Shown: one piece after another, positions 49,030 through 61,164 of the stretch
Numbering within the stretch: position 1 is the first letter of the stretch
Layout: each line of letters begins with the position of its first letter
Assembly: GCF_963921235.1 (NCBI RefSeq)
Contig: NC_086108.1
Span: 76,510,001-76,574,000 of the forward strand
Reading direction: 5' to 3'
Origin: Mobula hypostoma
Taxonomy: Eukaryota
Length of the DNA stretch: 64,000 nt
Made by a program: the position numbers and the translations under genes
Notes under the pieces: model-generated
The model's database searches: none
What the model was told of the DNA's origin: nothing
What the model saw: only the letters and a program-made list of their open reading frames with translations

Positions 49030-51545
49030 GGAGTATTATCAGTAAATGTGCTAAATTTAGAGCATGGATCAGTACATGGAACCATAATGCTATGGCCCAT
49101 TACAGATACTTGGTGGAAAGAGGAACAGGAATAGGTGCTTAATGTCCCATAGTTTCTATGTTTTAGCTGAAAAGATACAGAGGGAGGTAAAAATGGGGGG
49201 GGGGGGAAAGAGAGGATTTGCACAGGTACACTATCATGGCTGCACTCAGATAGGACATAATGGAGGACTCATCCACTGAGTTTATATGGTTAGGACTCAA
49301 AAATAGGAAAGGTGCAATCACACTGAACCCTCAATAGCCACCGGGCCATTAAAGAACAGATATGCAGGGAGATTAAGGGAAGGCGTAAAAACAATAGGAT
49401 TGTTGTCATGGGAGATTTCAACTTCTCGAATATAAACTGGGATCTTCTTAATACAAGAGGTTTCGATAGGGCAAAAATTGTTAGATGCATCCAGGAGGGT
49501 TTATTTAATGAATATGTACATGGACCAAAAAGAGGGGCTGTTCTGGGCCTGGTGTTAGGTAATGAGCCTGGCCAGGTGACCAGCCTTTCAGTGGGTAGAT
49601 AGAGAACGGTGGACCACAGCTCCTCAAATTTCCAGATAGGATAATTATAAACCTTGCAGAAGAGTATTAATACTGAAGCAGGGCAATTTACAAGAGCATT
49701 AGGCAGGAACTAGGGAGAGTTAATTGGGAACAGCTGTTTTTGGGCAGGTCCATATCTGACATGTAGAGGGTGCTTAAAGACCAACTGCACAGAGAAAAGG
49801 ACAGGTATATTCCAGCCAGAGGAAGGAATAAAAGAACCTTGGATGTCAAGGGAGGTGATGAATTTAGTCCAGAAGAAAAAGTATGTAAAACTTAGGAAGC
49901 CAGAATCCAAAAGGGCCCTTGAGTATTATAAAGAAGCCAAAAAAGAACTCAAGAAGGGAATTAGGAAAGCCAAGAGGGGTCATGAAAAGTGCTAGGAAAG
50001 TAAGATTAAAGAGAATCCCAAGGCGTTCTATACATACATTAAGAGCAAGAGGATAACTACAGAGAGGGTTAAATCACTCGAGGATATAGGAGGGAATATT
50101 CACTTGGAGGTGAAGGAGGTGGGTGAGGTCTTTAATGAATATTTTACCTCAGTATTTACCAAGGAAAATGATGTGAACAATAGGGAGATCAGTGCTGGTA
50201 GTATTAATATGCTAGGGCATTTCAAAGTAAAGGAGGAAGTAGCGTTGGGTCTTTTAAAGAACATCAATTTGGATGTCCCCAGTGCCTGATGGAATATACC
50301 TCGGGGTTATTGAGAGAGGCAAGTGAAGAAATTGCTGGGGCCTTGACCAATTCCTTTGTGTCCTCTCTAACCACAGGCAATATTCTGAGGGACTGGTGAG
50401 TAGCCAGTGATGTTTCATTATTCAAGCAGGGAACCAGGGAAATCCTGGAAACTATAGACTGGTGAGTATCATGTCAGTGGTAGGGAAATAACTGGAGAGA
50501 ATTCCTCTGGATAGGATTTATGAGCATTTGGAAAACCATGGCCTTATTAGGGAGAGACTATGTGCAGGGCAAGTTGTGTCTTACTAACTTGATCGTGTTT
50601 TTTGACAAGGTGACAAGGGTGTTTGATGAAGGTAGAGCTATAGATTTTGTCTACATGGATTTTAGTAAATATATGACAAGGTCCATCATGGGAAGCTAAT
50701 CCAGAAGACTAAGATGTGTAGGATCAATGGTGAATCAGCCATTTGGATTCAGAACTGGTTTGACCATAAAAGATAGAAGGTAATGTTTGAAGGGACTTAT
50801 TCTAGCTAGAGTTCTGTGATTAGCGGTGTTCCACAGGGGTTTTACTGGGACCTCTGCTGTTTGTGATTTATAGAAATGACCTGGATGAAAATGTATAAGG
50901 GTGGGTTAGTAAGTTTGCAGATGATACAAAGATTAGTGCTGTTGTGGATGGAGTAAATGATTGGCAAAGAATACAGTGGGACAGAGATCAGTTACAGATA
51001 TGGGCGGAGAAATGGCAGATGGAGTTTAACCTGGCCAAATATGAAGTGTTGCACCTTGGGAGGTAAAACATAAAGACCCTTTACAAGGTTGATGAGCAGA
51101 GGGATCTTGGGATCCAAGCTCATAGCTCCCTGAATGTGGCTACACAGATTGATAGGGAGTTTAAAAAGGTATGTGGCATGCTTCCCTTTATTAGTCGAGG
51201 AACTGAATTCAAGAGTCAGGAAGTTATGTTGCAGCTTTATAAAACTCTAGTTAGGCTGCATCTGGAGAATTCTATACAGATGCAAAGGGCCAAGATTTTT
51301 TTTTCCCATAGAGGTGGTGGGTGGCTGGAATGTGCTGCCTGGGGTGGTGGTAGAGGCAGAAACTTTAGAGATTTAACAGATTTAGATAGGCACATGAATG
51401 GGAGGAAATGGAATGATATGAACATTGTGCTGAACTAAGGGATTAATTTAGTAATCAAATGACCAACCTATTTATTTGGTCTGGCACAACATCGTGGGCC
51501 CAATGGCCTGTTCCTGTGCTGTACTGTTCTGTGTTCTGTGTTCTA
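49030..51545 (+). mobile_element. CR1 LINE ORF2 (APE and RT), decayed
   Basis: MGDFNFSNINW, FNEYFTSVFTKE, NYRLVS, YMDFSK, KFADDTK, tail GGGCCCAATGGCCTGTTCCTGTGCTG. Confidence 0.9.
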
Positions 51546-52254
51546 TAAAAACAGCAGCATTTTTTTTGAATTGGCACAAGGCTAGCTTTATTAGACTAAA
51601 CAGTAATTTGGCAAAAGTAAACTTGGAGGCAACCATATGGCAGTAAATTAGCCTCAGAGCAAATGGTAAGCATTTAAGATGGTGATTCAAAAGGTTCAAG
51701 ATAAGTGTGGGCCCACAACGAAAACTGGCAAAGCTTGTCAGTGCTAAAGGTCCCTGGATGAAAAGGTCCTTTGTGGGTGGAGTAAAGCAAATCCAGGAAA
51801 GTTTAAGACATTCCAAGAATTAAACACTGAAGAAAACCTTGAAGAATAGGGTTAAATTAAAACGGAAATGAGAAAATTAAAGAGAGGGTATGTGGAATTA
51901 CAGGTAAAAATCAAAGAAAATTCAAGTCACAAGTGAACATAAAAAGTGTAAAAGGGTAACGAAGAGTCTGAGACCAAATAGGTAAGATACATGTGAAGGT
52001 ATAGAAGCAAGCTCCTGAATGACTATTTTATATTTGTCTTTATAAGTGAGAGGTTGATTTCTGATTTGTGGTTAAGGAGGAATTTAGTGAAATATTGGGA
52101 GAGATAAGTATAACAAAAGAAGAGGGGTTTAAGCATCTTTGATAGTAAATAAACTGCTGAACCTAATTATATAGCTCCAAAAGCAGCACAGAATCTTCAA
52201 TGTTCATTTTTCAATCTAAGTGAACATACAATGGCAAGTGTCATCCTATTCAGA

Positions 52255-52805
52255 TGCCTCACAGCTTGATACGCCAACTGCTCTGCCCAAGAAACTGCAG
52301 AGTTGTGGATGTGATTCTGTCTGGCACATAAACCAGCCAGAGTCCATCGACTCTGTCTACATTTCCTGCTGCTTCTGAAAAGCAGCCAATATATTCAAAA
52401 ACCCACCCCACCGCAGTCATTCTCTCTTCTCCCCCCTTCCATTGGGCAGAAGATACTCAAGCTTGAAAAACACATACTACCAGGCTCAAGGGCTGCTCTA
52501 CTTTTCTCTGCTATAAGACTCCTAAATGTACCTCTTATACAATAAAGATTAACTCTTGATCTCTCAACCTACTTTATCATGGACCTTGCACCTTATTATC
52601 TACCTGCCTTGCACTTTCTCTGCAACTATTAAGATTCAAAGACTCAAAGTACATTTAAGGGGGGGCTGCATAACAATATTCTCCAGCATTTTATCTTTGC
52701 CTTTCCCGGTACTGCCTTAATATACTTAGGTTTTGAATTGATCTGTATGGGTGGGACGCAAGACGAAGTTTTTAAATGGCACTCAGCATATGTGATAATA
52801 ATAAA
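52255..52805 (+). mobile_element. Decayed Rex1/Babar 3' fragment
   Basis: AAACTGCAGAGTTGTGG...CCCACCCACC...TTGGGCAGAAGATAC, similar to 45990-46510. Confidence 0.6.
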
Positions 52806-53514
52806 TGAATTACTTGGCTAATTGAGAACAACTTCTGTGGTCAAGTTTCACTAGTTTAATCTTTCTCCTCATAAATTATTTTGAGTGTTTTAAACTATTA
52901 TAAAAGGAATTATTCACCTCCAGAAAGTAGTTCTGTCATAACTTTCACAAGTGTGAAATAACTCGTAAGGGGAAACATGAATAAAATATACCCAAATTTA
53001 TTCCACCTGACAATGAAGTTAGAAAGAGGCATTTCAGGTGAAATTACTATAAACAGGCTGTCAATTAATAAACTTTCACTTAAGAGCAAACTTTTGAAAA
53101 TGTATTTAAGTATTCAAAAAAATTATGAAAGAAATATAAGCTGATAAATCTCCCACTGACTAGAGATTTTCCTCCTGGATTTCTGCATTCTTGTAGGTGA
53201 TACATTTGACTTGAATAAAATGATAAATCTTTGTGGCTTTAGCAGCTTTTGAAATAAACAGACCCTACAGATTGCCTGTTTCATAAAATTTCAATGATGA
53301 AAAACAACAAAAAAAATGTAACTTATTGCTTCTAAAATCCAGCCTAAGCATCAAGTATATTGTCTTTGTGTACAATATATAAATAAATCCTAAGTAAATA
53401 CTTCACTAACAAAAACATTCACTGAATCATAACTTTCCCACACTTCCAAGACAATCATAGTTTCTTGAAAATTTTCGATAGTACTTTTTGTAACCTATTC
53501 CAGAATCAATATTA

Positions 53515-53746
53515 CACAGACAGGAGAAAATCTGCAAATGCTGGAATCCAAGCAACAGACACAAAATGCTGGAGGAACTCAGTAGGCCAGGCAGCTTCTA
53601 TGGAAAAGAGTAAACAGTCAACGTTTTGGGCAGAGACCCTTCATCACCTGTCCTGATGAAGGGTCTTGTCCCGAAACATCAACCATACTTTTTTCTAGAT
53701 GCTGCCTGGCCTGCTGAGTTCCTCCAGCATTTTGTGTGGGCTGCTC
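53515..53746. mobile_element. Mini Penelope-like fold-back with two opposed hammerhead-derived motifs
   Basis: ACACAAAATGCTGGAGGAACTCAGTAGGCCAGGCAGC...ACCCTTCATCA / TGATGAAGGGT...GCTGCCTGGCCTGCTGAGTTCCTCCAGCATTTTGTGT. Confidence 0.85.
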
Positions 53747-54304
53747 GTTAATACACAGGATGTTATTCTGCCAATCAAATCCATGCTGCCATGTTATACA
53801 ATAATCCAGTCAGCTTCAGTTTCCTTCTCTTTCATTATAGCTCTGCAAATTACTTTCCCTTGTGCGTGCCAAACTTCATTTTGAAAGCCTGCTTCCACCA
53901 CACTGATGCAGATCAAATATTTTTGCAAGTTTTTTCCCTCACATTTGACATGTCTTTTTTGCCCAGTGTTTTTTTTTTAAATCAGAGTACCCAAAATTTT
54001 CTGCTCATGTGAATAGTTTTTTCTCTATTTACTCCAATTAATACACCCCCATCATCCAGTCCAAGCTCTCTTTGCTACTACCGTCGGGCAAATTACAGAA
54101 GTCTTAAGTCCCACACCACGTGGATCAGGAACAGTTATAAGACTACAACGATCAGGCTCCTGAACCAGTGCAGATAACCTCACTCATGTCATCACTGAAC
54201 TGACTCTACAACTTATCAATTAACTTTCAAAGGCTCTACAGCTCATATTTTCAGTTTTATTTATTTATTTTTTTATTATTTGTAAGATTTGTCTTTTACA
54301 TTAG

Positions 54305-54976
54305 ATTATGAGAACACTCAGTCCTCTTTTATTGTCATTTAGAAATGCATACATGCATTAAGAAATGATACAATGTTTCTCTGGAGTGATTATCACAGAA
54401 AACAGGACAAACCAAAGACTAACACCAACAAAACCACAATTACAGCAGTGCAAAGCAATACCATAATTTGATGAAGAACAAACCATGGGCATAGTAAATA
54501 AAATCTCAAAAATCCCTGAGTCAATCGACTCCCGAGTCCCCGATAGCAGGCGGCAAAAGGGAGAAACTCCCTGCCATAAACTTCCAGGCATCGTCAACTT
54601 GCCGATGCCTTGGAAGCAGCCGACCACAGCCAACACTGAGTCCATCTGTCCGAAAACTTCAAGCTTCCGACCAGCCTCTCCGATACAGCCTCCTGAGCGC
54701 CATCCTCTGCCGAGTGCCTTCGACATCGCCCTGGCCGCTGAAACAAGCAAAGCCGAGGATTTTGGGGCCTTCTGCTCCAGAGATTCCGGTTACCACATAG
54801 TAGCAGCGGCAGCGAAGTGGGCATTTCAGAAGTTTTCCAGATGTTCCTCCATACTCTCACGTCCGTCTCCATCAAATCAGAATTGTGCACGGTCCCCTAC
54901 TTGACAGGTAACAGACATCACCACTGAAGTGGCCACGCGCACTGCCATCGCGCCACCATCTTCTCTTCCTCCGCCA
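54305..54976 (-). mobile_element. GC-rich non-autonomous retroelement inserted in a Rex1 tail
   Basis: Sharp CpG-rich block ending (minus) in AAATGACAATAAAAAG like Rex1-type tails; flanks 54050-54300 and 54980-55080 are Rex1 3' sequence; no recognisable protein. Confidence 0.55.
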
Positions 54977-55102
54977 TTTGTCACATTAGCTGTCTGTCTT
55001 TACAGTTTTTCATAAATTCTACTGCAATTCTTTATTTTCCTGTAAATGCCTTCAAGAAAGTTAATCTCAGGGTAGATTATGGTAGATTATGTAGAGTACA
55101 TA

Positions 55103-55403
55103 GGCATCCATTAGTCTTGTGAGACCATGGATTTGCGCCTTGGAAGGTTTCCAGGTCGCAGGCTTGGGCAAGGTTGTATGGAAGACCGGCAGTTGCCATG
55201 CTGCAAGTCTCCCTTCTCGACGCCACCGATGTTGTCCAAGGGAAGGGCATTAGGACCCATACAGCTTGGCACCGGTGTTGTCACAGAGCAACCTGTGGTT
55301 AAGTGCCTTGCTCAAGGACACAACACACTGCCTCAGCTGACGCTCAAACTAGCGACCTTCAAATCACTAGACAGACACCTTAACCACTTGGCCACGCACC
55401 ACA
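55103..55403 (-). mobile_element. tRNA-Thr-like SINE, copy 4
   Basis: Full body; TSD TAGAGTACATA at 55092-55102 and 55404-55414. Confidence 0.9.
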
Positions 55404-55981
55404 TAGAGTACATACTTTGATATTAAATAAATTGACTTTGACTTTGCTTTACTTTGACTTACCCTTTATGATGCTAGACATCCTTTCTACAACCTTTCTG
55501 GGAATTCAAAGTTCTTTTTAAAATTTGTGACCAAGATTAAACACTGGCCAAGGAATACAGATTCAAAATTTCATCTCTATTATTGTATTTTTTCTCTAAT
55601 CTTTATTTTATCCTTCACACAATTTTTAACCTTCATTAATAATTCTTTAGTTTTACATGGTGGGAAACATACCGATAACTACAAATTAAACAAAATTTCC
55701 ATTCCATTAGATAAGGTGTATGGTAATAATCTTTTCTTTTTTCAGGTTAGGGGAGTTCAGAACTAGAAGGCATAGATTTAGGATGATAGGGAAAGATTTA
55801 AAAGGGACCTGAGGAACAACATTTTCCACAGAGGGTGGTGAGTACATAGAAAGAGCTGCCTGAAGAGGTGGCTGAGGCAAGTAAAATATTATCATCTAAG
55901 AAGCACTTGGATAGGTAGAAATGCACACAACTGGGTGGGCACCTGGTTGGCATGGATTTGATGGACCAAAGGGCCTGTATC

Positions 55982-56191
55982 AATCCACCCACCTTGCTTC
56001 ACCTATCTCCTTCCCCTCCCCCAACTTTTTATTCTGGCTTCTGTCCCCTTCCTTTCCAGTCCTGATGAAGGGTCTTGGCCTGAAACGTTGACTGTTTATT
56101 CCTTTCCATAGATGTTGCCTGACCTGCTGAGTTCCTCCAGCATTTTGTGAGAGTTACTCTGGATTTCCAGCATCTGCAGAATCTCATGTTT
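55982..56191 (+). mobile_element. Solo Penelope-like pLTR insertion
   Basis: 11-bp TSD GGGCCTGTATC at 55971-55981 and 56192-56202; pyrimidine tract, hammerhead, conserved tail. Confidence 0.9.
56057..56094 (+). ncRNA. Minimal hammerhead ribozyme motif
   Basis: CAGTC-CTGATGA-AGGGTCTTGGCCT-GAAAC-GTT-GACTG with a 5-bp helix I. Confidence 0.78.
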
Positions 56192-56299
56192 GGGCCTGTA
56201 TCCATGTCATATTGCCCTATGATTCCATATGATTCCGATAGTGTTTACAAAACTGCAGGCTCTCAATTCAAAAAGACTCATCCTGGGCTTAACATACAC

Positions 56300-59200
56300 T
56301 TGGGGAGCGGGTGAGGTCTGGGCCTGACATCCCGCTCACCCAGGGAAAGTGTACGCGCAATACATCGCCTCTCCTTTCCCGGTGTAGTGATCGCCACGTG
56401 GTCACCGACTGGCCTGCTAGGCAGGAGGCCACTGCAAATGGCCTCTCCTACATTACTGCATCCATAGCAACACCTTCTCGTCGGTGCCCCTGTTTCCACT
56501 GAGCTTGCTACATCATGGCACGATCGAGTGTCCGGTGGTATAACTGGATGGGTAGGCTGGGCTCGTTAGCCTTGGTTGGCAGCCAGCCTAAGAGAAGGAC
56601 AACCCTGAATCCAAACCCGGGCAGGTGGGGCTCGTTAGCCTTCTCAGGCCATCCACCTAGGAGTAGGACACTCCGACCTAACTCCTACGATCCAAGGACC
56701 TCGCTGTCACTGTCCCAGCTTGCCAGGCTATGGCAGATAAACCCCGGGTGTAAAGGGTGGGGCCAGTACCACGCACACTGCACTCCACCTAAAAGACCAT
56801 TGCGCAGGCCGAAGGACACGCCCACGTCTATGACCATCCTCCTCGACCATTCATCAAGCCCTGCAGCGATGGGAAAGGGGCGAAAACGGCAGGAGGAAGA
56901 TGACACTGGAAGCCGCAGTTCCGATCCTGCACGCAAGCAGTTCAGGTGTATGAGTCGTCTGATGTTGACCCCGGAGACGATGATATCATTCAGCAGCACC
57001 CTGAACAACCAAGCAGCCTTCTCTAGAGACAGTACTGCTTGTTCCACACGGAGAGGGGCCTAGAAAAGGTGGCCTATCCAAAGCTCGTTTCCATTCCCCC
57101 TCCCCGTTGGTTAGCTGCGGTCAACGGCCATCCTCAAATGTGGTCGAACAACAACAAAAAAAAGGTGCACACCTGCCACACAAGGAGTGCAAGGACTAAA
57201 GCTCGCATGCTGGAACATCAGAACCATGCTCGATACAGCAGACAGTGGTCGCCCAGAATGACGATCCACTCTAGTTACACATGAACTTTCAAGACTGAAT
57301 GTCGACACCACTGCTCTCAGTGAAGTCCACTTCCCAGAGGAAGGCAACCTTCAAGAGCATGGCGCCGGCTACACCCTCTACTGGTCAGGCAAGCCAGAGA
57401 CTGAGAGACACTTTTCTGGCTTTGGCTTTATGGTCAGCAATTCCATTGCCTCCAAACTTGAAAAATTGCCAACTGGTCACTCCGACCACATCATCTCCAT
57501 GCGCCTCCCACTTCGAACCAAGCAGCATGCCACACTCTTCAGCATGTACGCCCCCACTCTTCAAGGAGATCCTGCAGAAAAGGACAAGTTCTACACTGAT
57601 CTGCATAACCTCGTACAGAACGTCCCTGCAGACGACAAGGTCTTCATCCTTGGTGACTTCAATGCCAGAGTAGGCCAAGATTCAGAAGCCTGGAAAGGAG
57701 TACTTGGCAAACATGGTGTTGGAAACTCCAACAACAATGGGCGCCTTCTGTTAGAGTTTTGTGTGGAGCAGCAACTCACCATCACTAACACCATTTTCCA
57801 GCAGAAAGACAGTCTGAAGACAACCTGGATGCATCCTCTGTGCAAGCATTGGCACCTCATAGACTACATCTTGGGGCGTCAAAGAGACATTTGGGACGTC
57901 TTACTCACCCAAGTGATGCCCAGCGCAGAGTGTCATATGGATCATCATCTTGTCCACTGCAAACTCAGTCTCCATTTCAAACCTAAGCCAAAGAAAGGAG
58001 GCGCTCCAAGGAAGAAGTTTCAGGTTGACAACCTCCAGTGAGCTGAAGTGAAAGCTGACTTTCAGACGAATCTTCAGTCAAGGCTTCAGGACCCCAGTTT
58101 CCCTACAGACTCCTCTCCAGAAGTGCTTTGGGAACACCTAAAAACCACCATCCTGCAAACCTCTGAAGAAGTCCTAGGGTTTTCCACAAAGAAGAACAAG
58201 GACTGGTTCAATGAAACCAACCAGGAGATCCAAGAATTGCTGGCGAAGAAGAGATCCGCCCACCAGGCACACCTTGCTCAGCCGACTTGTCCTGATAAGA
58301 AAGCAGCCTTCCGTCTTGAATGCAGCAACCTTCAGCGCAAGTTGAGAGAGATTCAGAATGTGTGGTGGACCAACCTTGCAAAGAGAACTCAGCACAGACA
58401 CCAGTGACTACAGAGGGTTTTATGAAGCCCTGAGAGCAGTGTACAGCCCTTCGCACCAGGTCCAGAGTCCCTTGCGCAGTGCAGATGGTCAGGCGTTCTT
58501 CACAGACAATGCGTCCACCTTGAACCGGTGGTCGGAACATTTCCAGACTCTCTTCAGCGCCAGCCGCATGGTCCAAGAATCAGCAATTCATCGCATCCCA
58601 CAACAGCCAGAGAAAACAGAACTGGACAAGATTCCAACCCTAGAAGAGACAGTCAAGGCCATAGAGCAGCTGAAAAGTGGCAAGGCAGTGGGAATTGATG
58701 GAATCCCACCTGAGATTTGGAAGCATGGGGGCCCAGCGTTGCACACCAAACTCCATGAGTTCTTTGTCTGCTGCTGGGAACAAAGTAAACTACCACAGGA
58801 CCTCCGTGATGCAGTCATCACCCTGTATAAGAACAAGAGGGAAAAGTCCGACTGCTCCAACTACCAGGGGATAACTCTTCTCTCTATTGCAGGAAAAATC
58901 CTCACAAGAGTACTCCTGAACAGATTGGTGCCCATCATTGCAAAACAACACCTCCCAGAGAGCCAGTGTGGCTTCAGAGCCAACAGGAGCACCACCGACA
59001 TGGTATTTGTTCTCAGGCAGCTCCAAGAGAAATGTAGGGAACAGTACAAGGGATTGTACGTGACATTTGTCGACCTTACTAAAGCGTTCGACACCGTGAG
59101 CAAGGAAGATCTGTGGCAAATCATGGAATGACTGGGATGCCCCCTGAAGTTCCTTAGCATGGTCATCCAGCTACATGAAGATCAGAGTGGCCAAGTCAGA

Positions 59201-60415
59201 CACAACGACGACCTCTCAGAACCCTTCCCAATAGGCAACGGAGTAAAGCAAGGCTCTGTCCTCATGCCGACTCTCTTCACCATCTTCTTCAGCATGATGC
59301 TCGAAAGGGCCACAGAAGACCTTGATGATCAGGACGGTATCTACATCCGATACCGCACTGATGGCAGCCTTTTCAACCTGAGGCGACTACAGTCCCACAT
59401 CAAGACACTGGAGCAACTCATCCAAGAGCTACTCTTCGCTGACGATGCTGCCCTTGTTGCCCACACAGAGACAGCCCTGCAGCATATAACATCCTGCTTC
59501 GCAGAGGCTGCTGAGCTCTTCGGACTGGAAGTCAGCTTGAAGAAGACAGAAGTTCTCCACCAGCCCGCACCTCAGGAAGATTACCACCCTCCTCGCATCA
59601 CCATCGGTGAGGTAGAGCTGAAGACAGCCTACCAGTTCAGCTGCCTGGGATGCACCATTTTGTCAGATGCCAAGATCAACAAAGAGATTGCTGGAAGAGG
59701 CAAACAGCGTATTCGGCAGGCTGTACAAGAGAGCCTGGAACAACAAGCATTTGAAGAAAGGCACAAAGATCAGCGTGTACAGAGCCGTTGTACTGACCAC
59801 CCTCCTGTACGGCTCCGAGTCGTGGGTCACCTACCGTCTCCAACTACAACTCGAGCATTTCCACCAGCGCTGCCTCCGCACCATCCTCAACATCCACTAG
59901 AGTGACTTCGTCACCAACATCGAAATCCTTGAACAGGCGGAGGTCACCAGCATCAAGGCCATGCTGTTGAAGACACAGCTGCTCTGGGCAGGGCACGTCT
60001 CCAGGATGGAGGATCATCGCCTGCCCAAGGTTGTGCTGTATGGCGAACTTCCCACTGGCCACCGTGACAGAGGGGCACCGAAGAAGAGGTGCAAGGATTC
60101 TCTGAAGAAACCCCTTGGTGCCTGTCACATTGACCATCGCCAGTGGTCTAATCTATCCTCTGATCACGAGGCCTGGCAACACACCATTCACCAATTTGTC
60201 GTCTCCTTCGAGAATACATGCAGGGCTGGCATTGAGGACAAAAGGTGAAGGAGGAAGAACCGTGACACAGCAGCACCAAACCCAGAACAGAATTTCCCTT
60301 GCAGCCGCTGTGGGCAGACCTGCCTGTCCTGTATTGGCCTCGTCAGCCACCAGCGAGCCTGCAGCAGACATGGGCAGTCCCCTTCCTAAATCTTCATTTG
60401 CGAAGCCAAGCCATG
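56300..60415 (+). mobile_element. Near full-length RTE (BovB-like) LINE, ~4.1 kb
   Basis: APE (ACWNIRTM, YAPTL, LGDFNARVG, HWHLIDY), RT (ESQCGFR, FVDLTKAFDTV, GVKQG, LLFADD), C-terminal CSRCGQTC...HQRAC; a few stops and frameshifts; possible TSD ATACAC at 56294-56299 and 60416-60421. Confidence 0.95.
56302..56510 (+). ncRNA. Candidate HDV/CPEB3-like ribozyme at the RTE 5' end
   Basis: P1 GGGGAGC/GCCCCT, P2 TAGCAAC/G(C)TTGCTA, P3 ACC/GGT, L3 TTCTCGTC, J4/2 CTGA, in the correct nested order. Confidence 0.55.
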
Positions 60416-61164
60416 ATACACATAAATATTTTCTTGAAGTAGTATTGAGATATGTATAGACTCTACCAGAATTAACTTTTATAGTCATCAAATTTTCTAA
60501 AATTACTGCTTACCTGACATACTGGGATTGCTAATCATAATAATATATTTAAGTGTGTATTTCAGTTCAACGACATTTGGCTGAAGTTTGTTGATTACCC
60601 TTTTAAAAGTTTTCCAGTTTAAAGTTGCTTTCCTTTAATCTTTGCAATGGTAAGTGAAACCAGTACAGTTACATCTAACGTGGGTCAAGAGTTGTTTCCT
60701 CATTGTAAAATTTTATTCTGAAGTTTCTCATGTATTTGTATACCTACTGTACAAGCATATTGAATGGCTGAATTGGGAAATGAAAATGTCACATTGATGC
60801 AATTAAGCATTGAGGAGCCAAGTTTCGGCAACACAGACAGAGCTATTCCAGTATTTAACATTGCTTAACCTGGGAATGGTTAATGCTGACAAAAGTAATT
60901 TAATTCCAATAGAGATAGTTCTCCCTGTGATAAGCATAAGAGAGAAGACATCAGATATTCTTTAATAGTGAATGAAAGTTAATGAAGTCCATGTTACACT
61001 CCTCAGGTAACTTGAGGTTATAGAGACCTGCACTTCCAAACTAAACACTGAAACAAAATTGGCAAATTAAAATGTGGAACTAAGTTTCAGTCCAGATTAA
61101 ATATAAATGAACTTTTCTATACTATCTACTTTTTTTATTTCATTAAAACAACTTATCTTGGGCA

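Larger units (their letters stand above)
55690..56238 (+). mobile_element. CR1 3' fragment split by a Penelope-like insertion
   Basis: AGAACTAGAAGGCATAGATTTAGG (RTRRHRF), TTCCACAGAGGGTGGTGAG; tail resumes after 56192. Confidence 0.75.

Noticed and set aside
54358..54904. Overlapping ORFs and a possible ERI3 CpG-island promoter
   Set aside because: The block is sharply bounded, inserted in a Rex1 tail and has a retroposon-like end.
56424..56429. Alternative P1 5' strand (GGAGGC) for the HDV-like fold
   Set aside because: It has an A-C mismatch and does not coincide with the element's 5' end; GGGGAGC at 56302 fits better, though this is not excluded.
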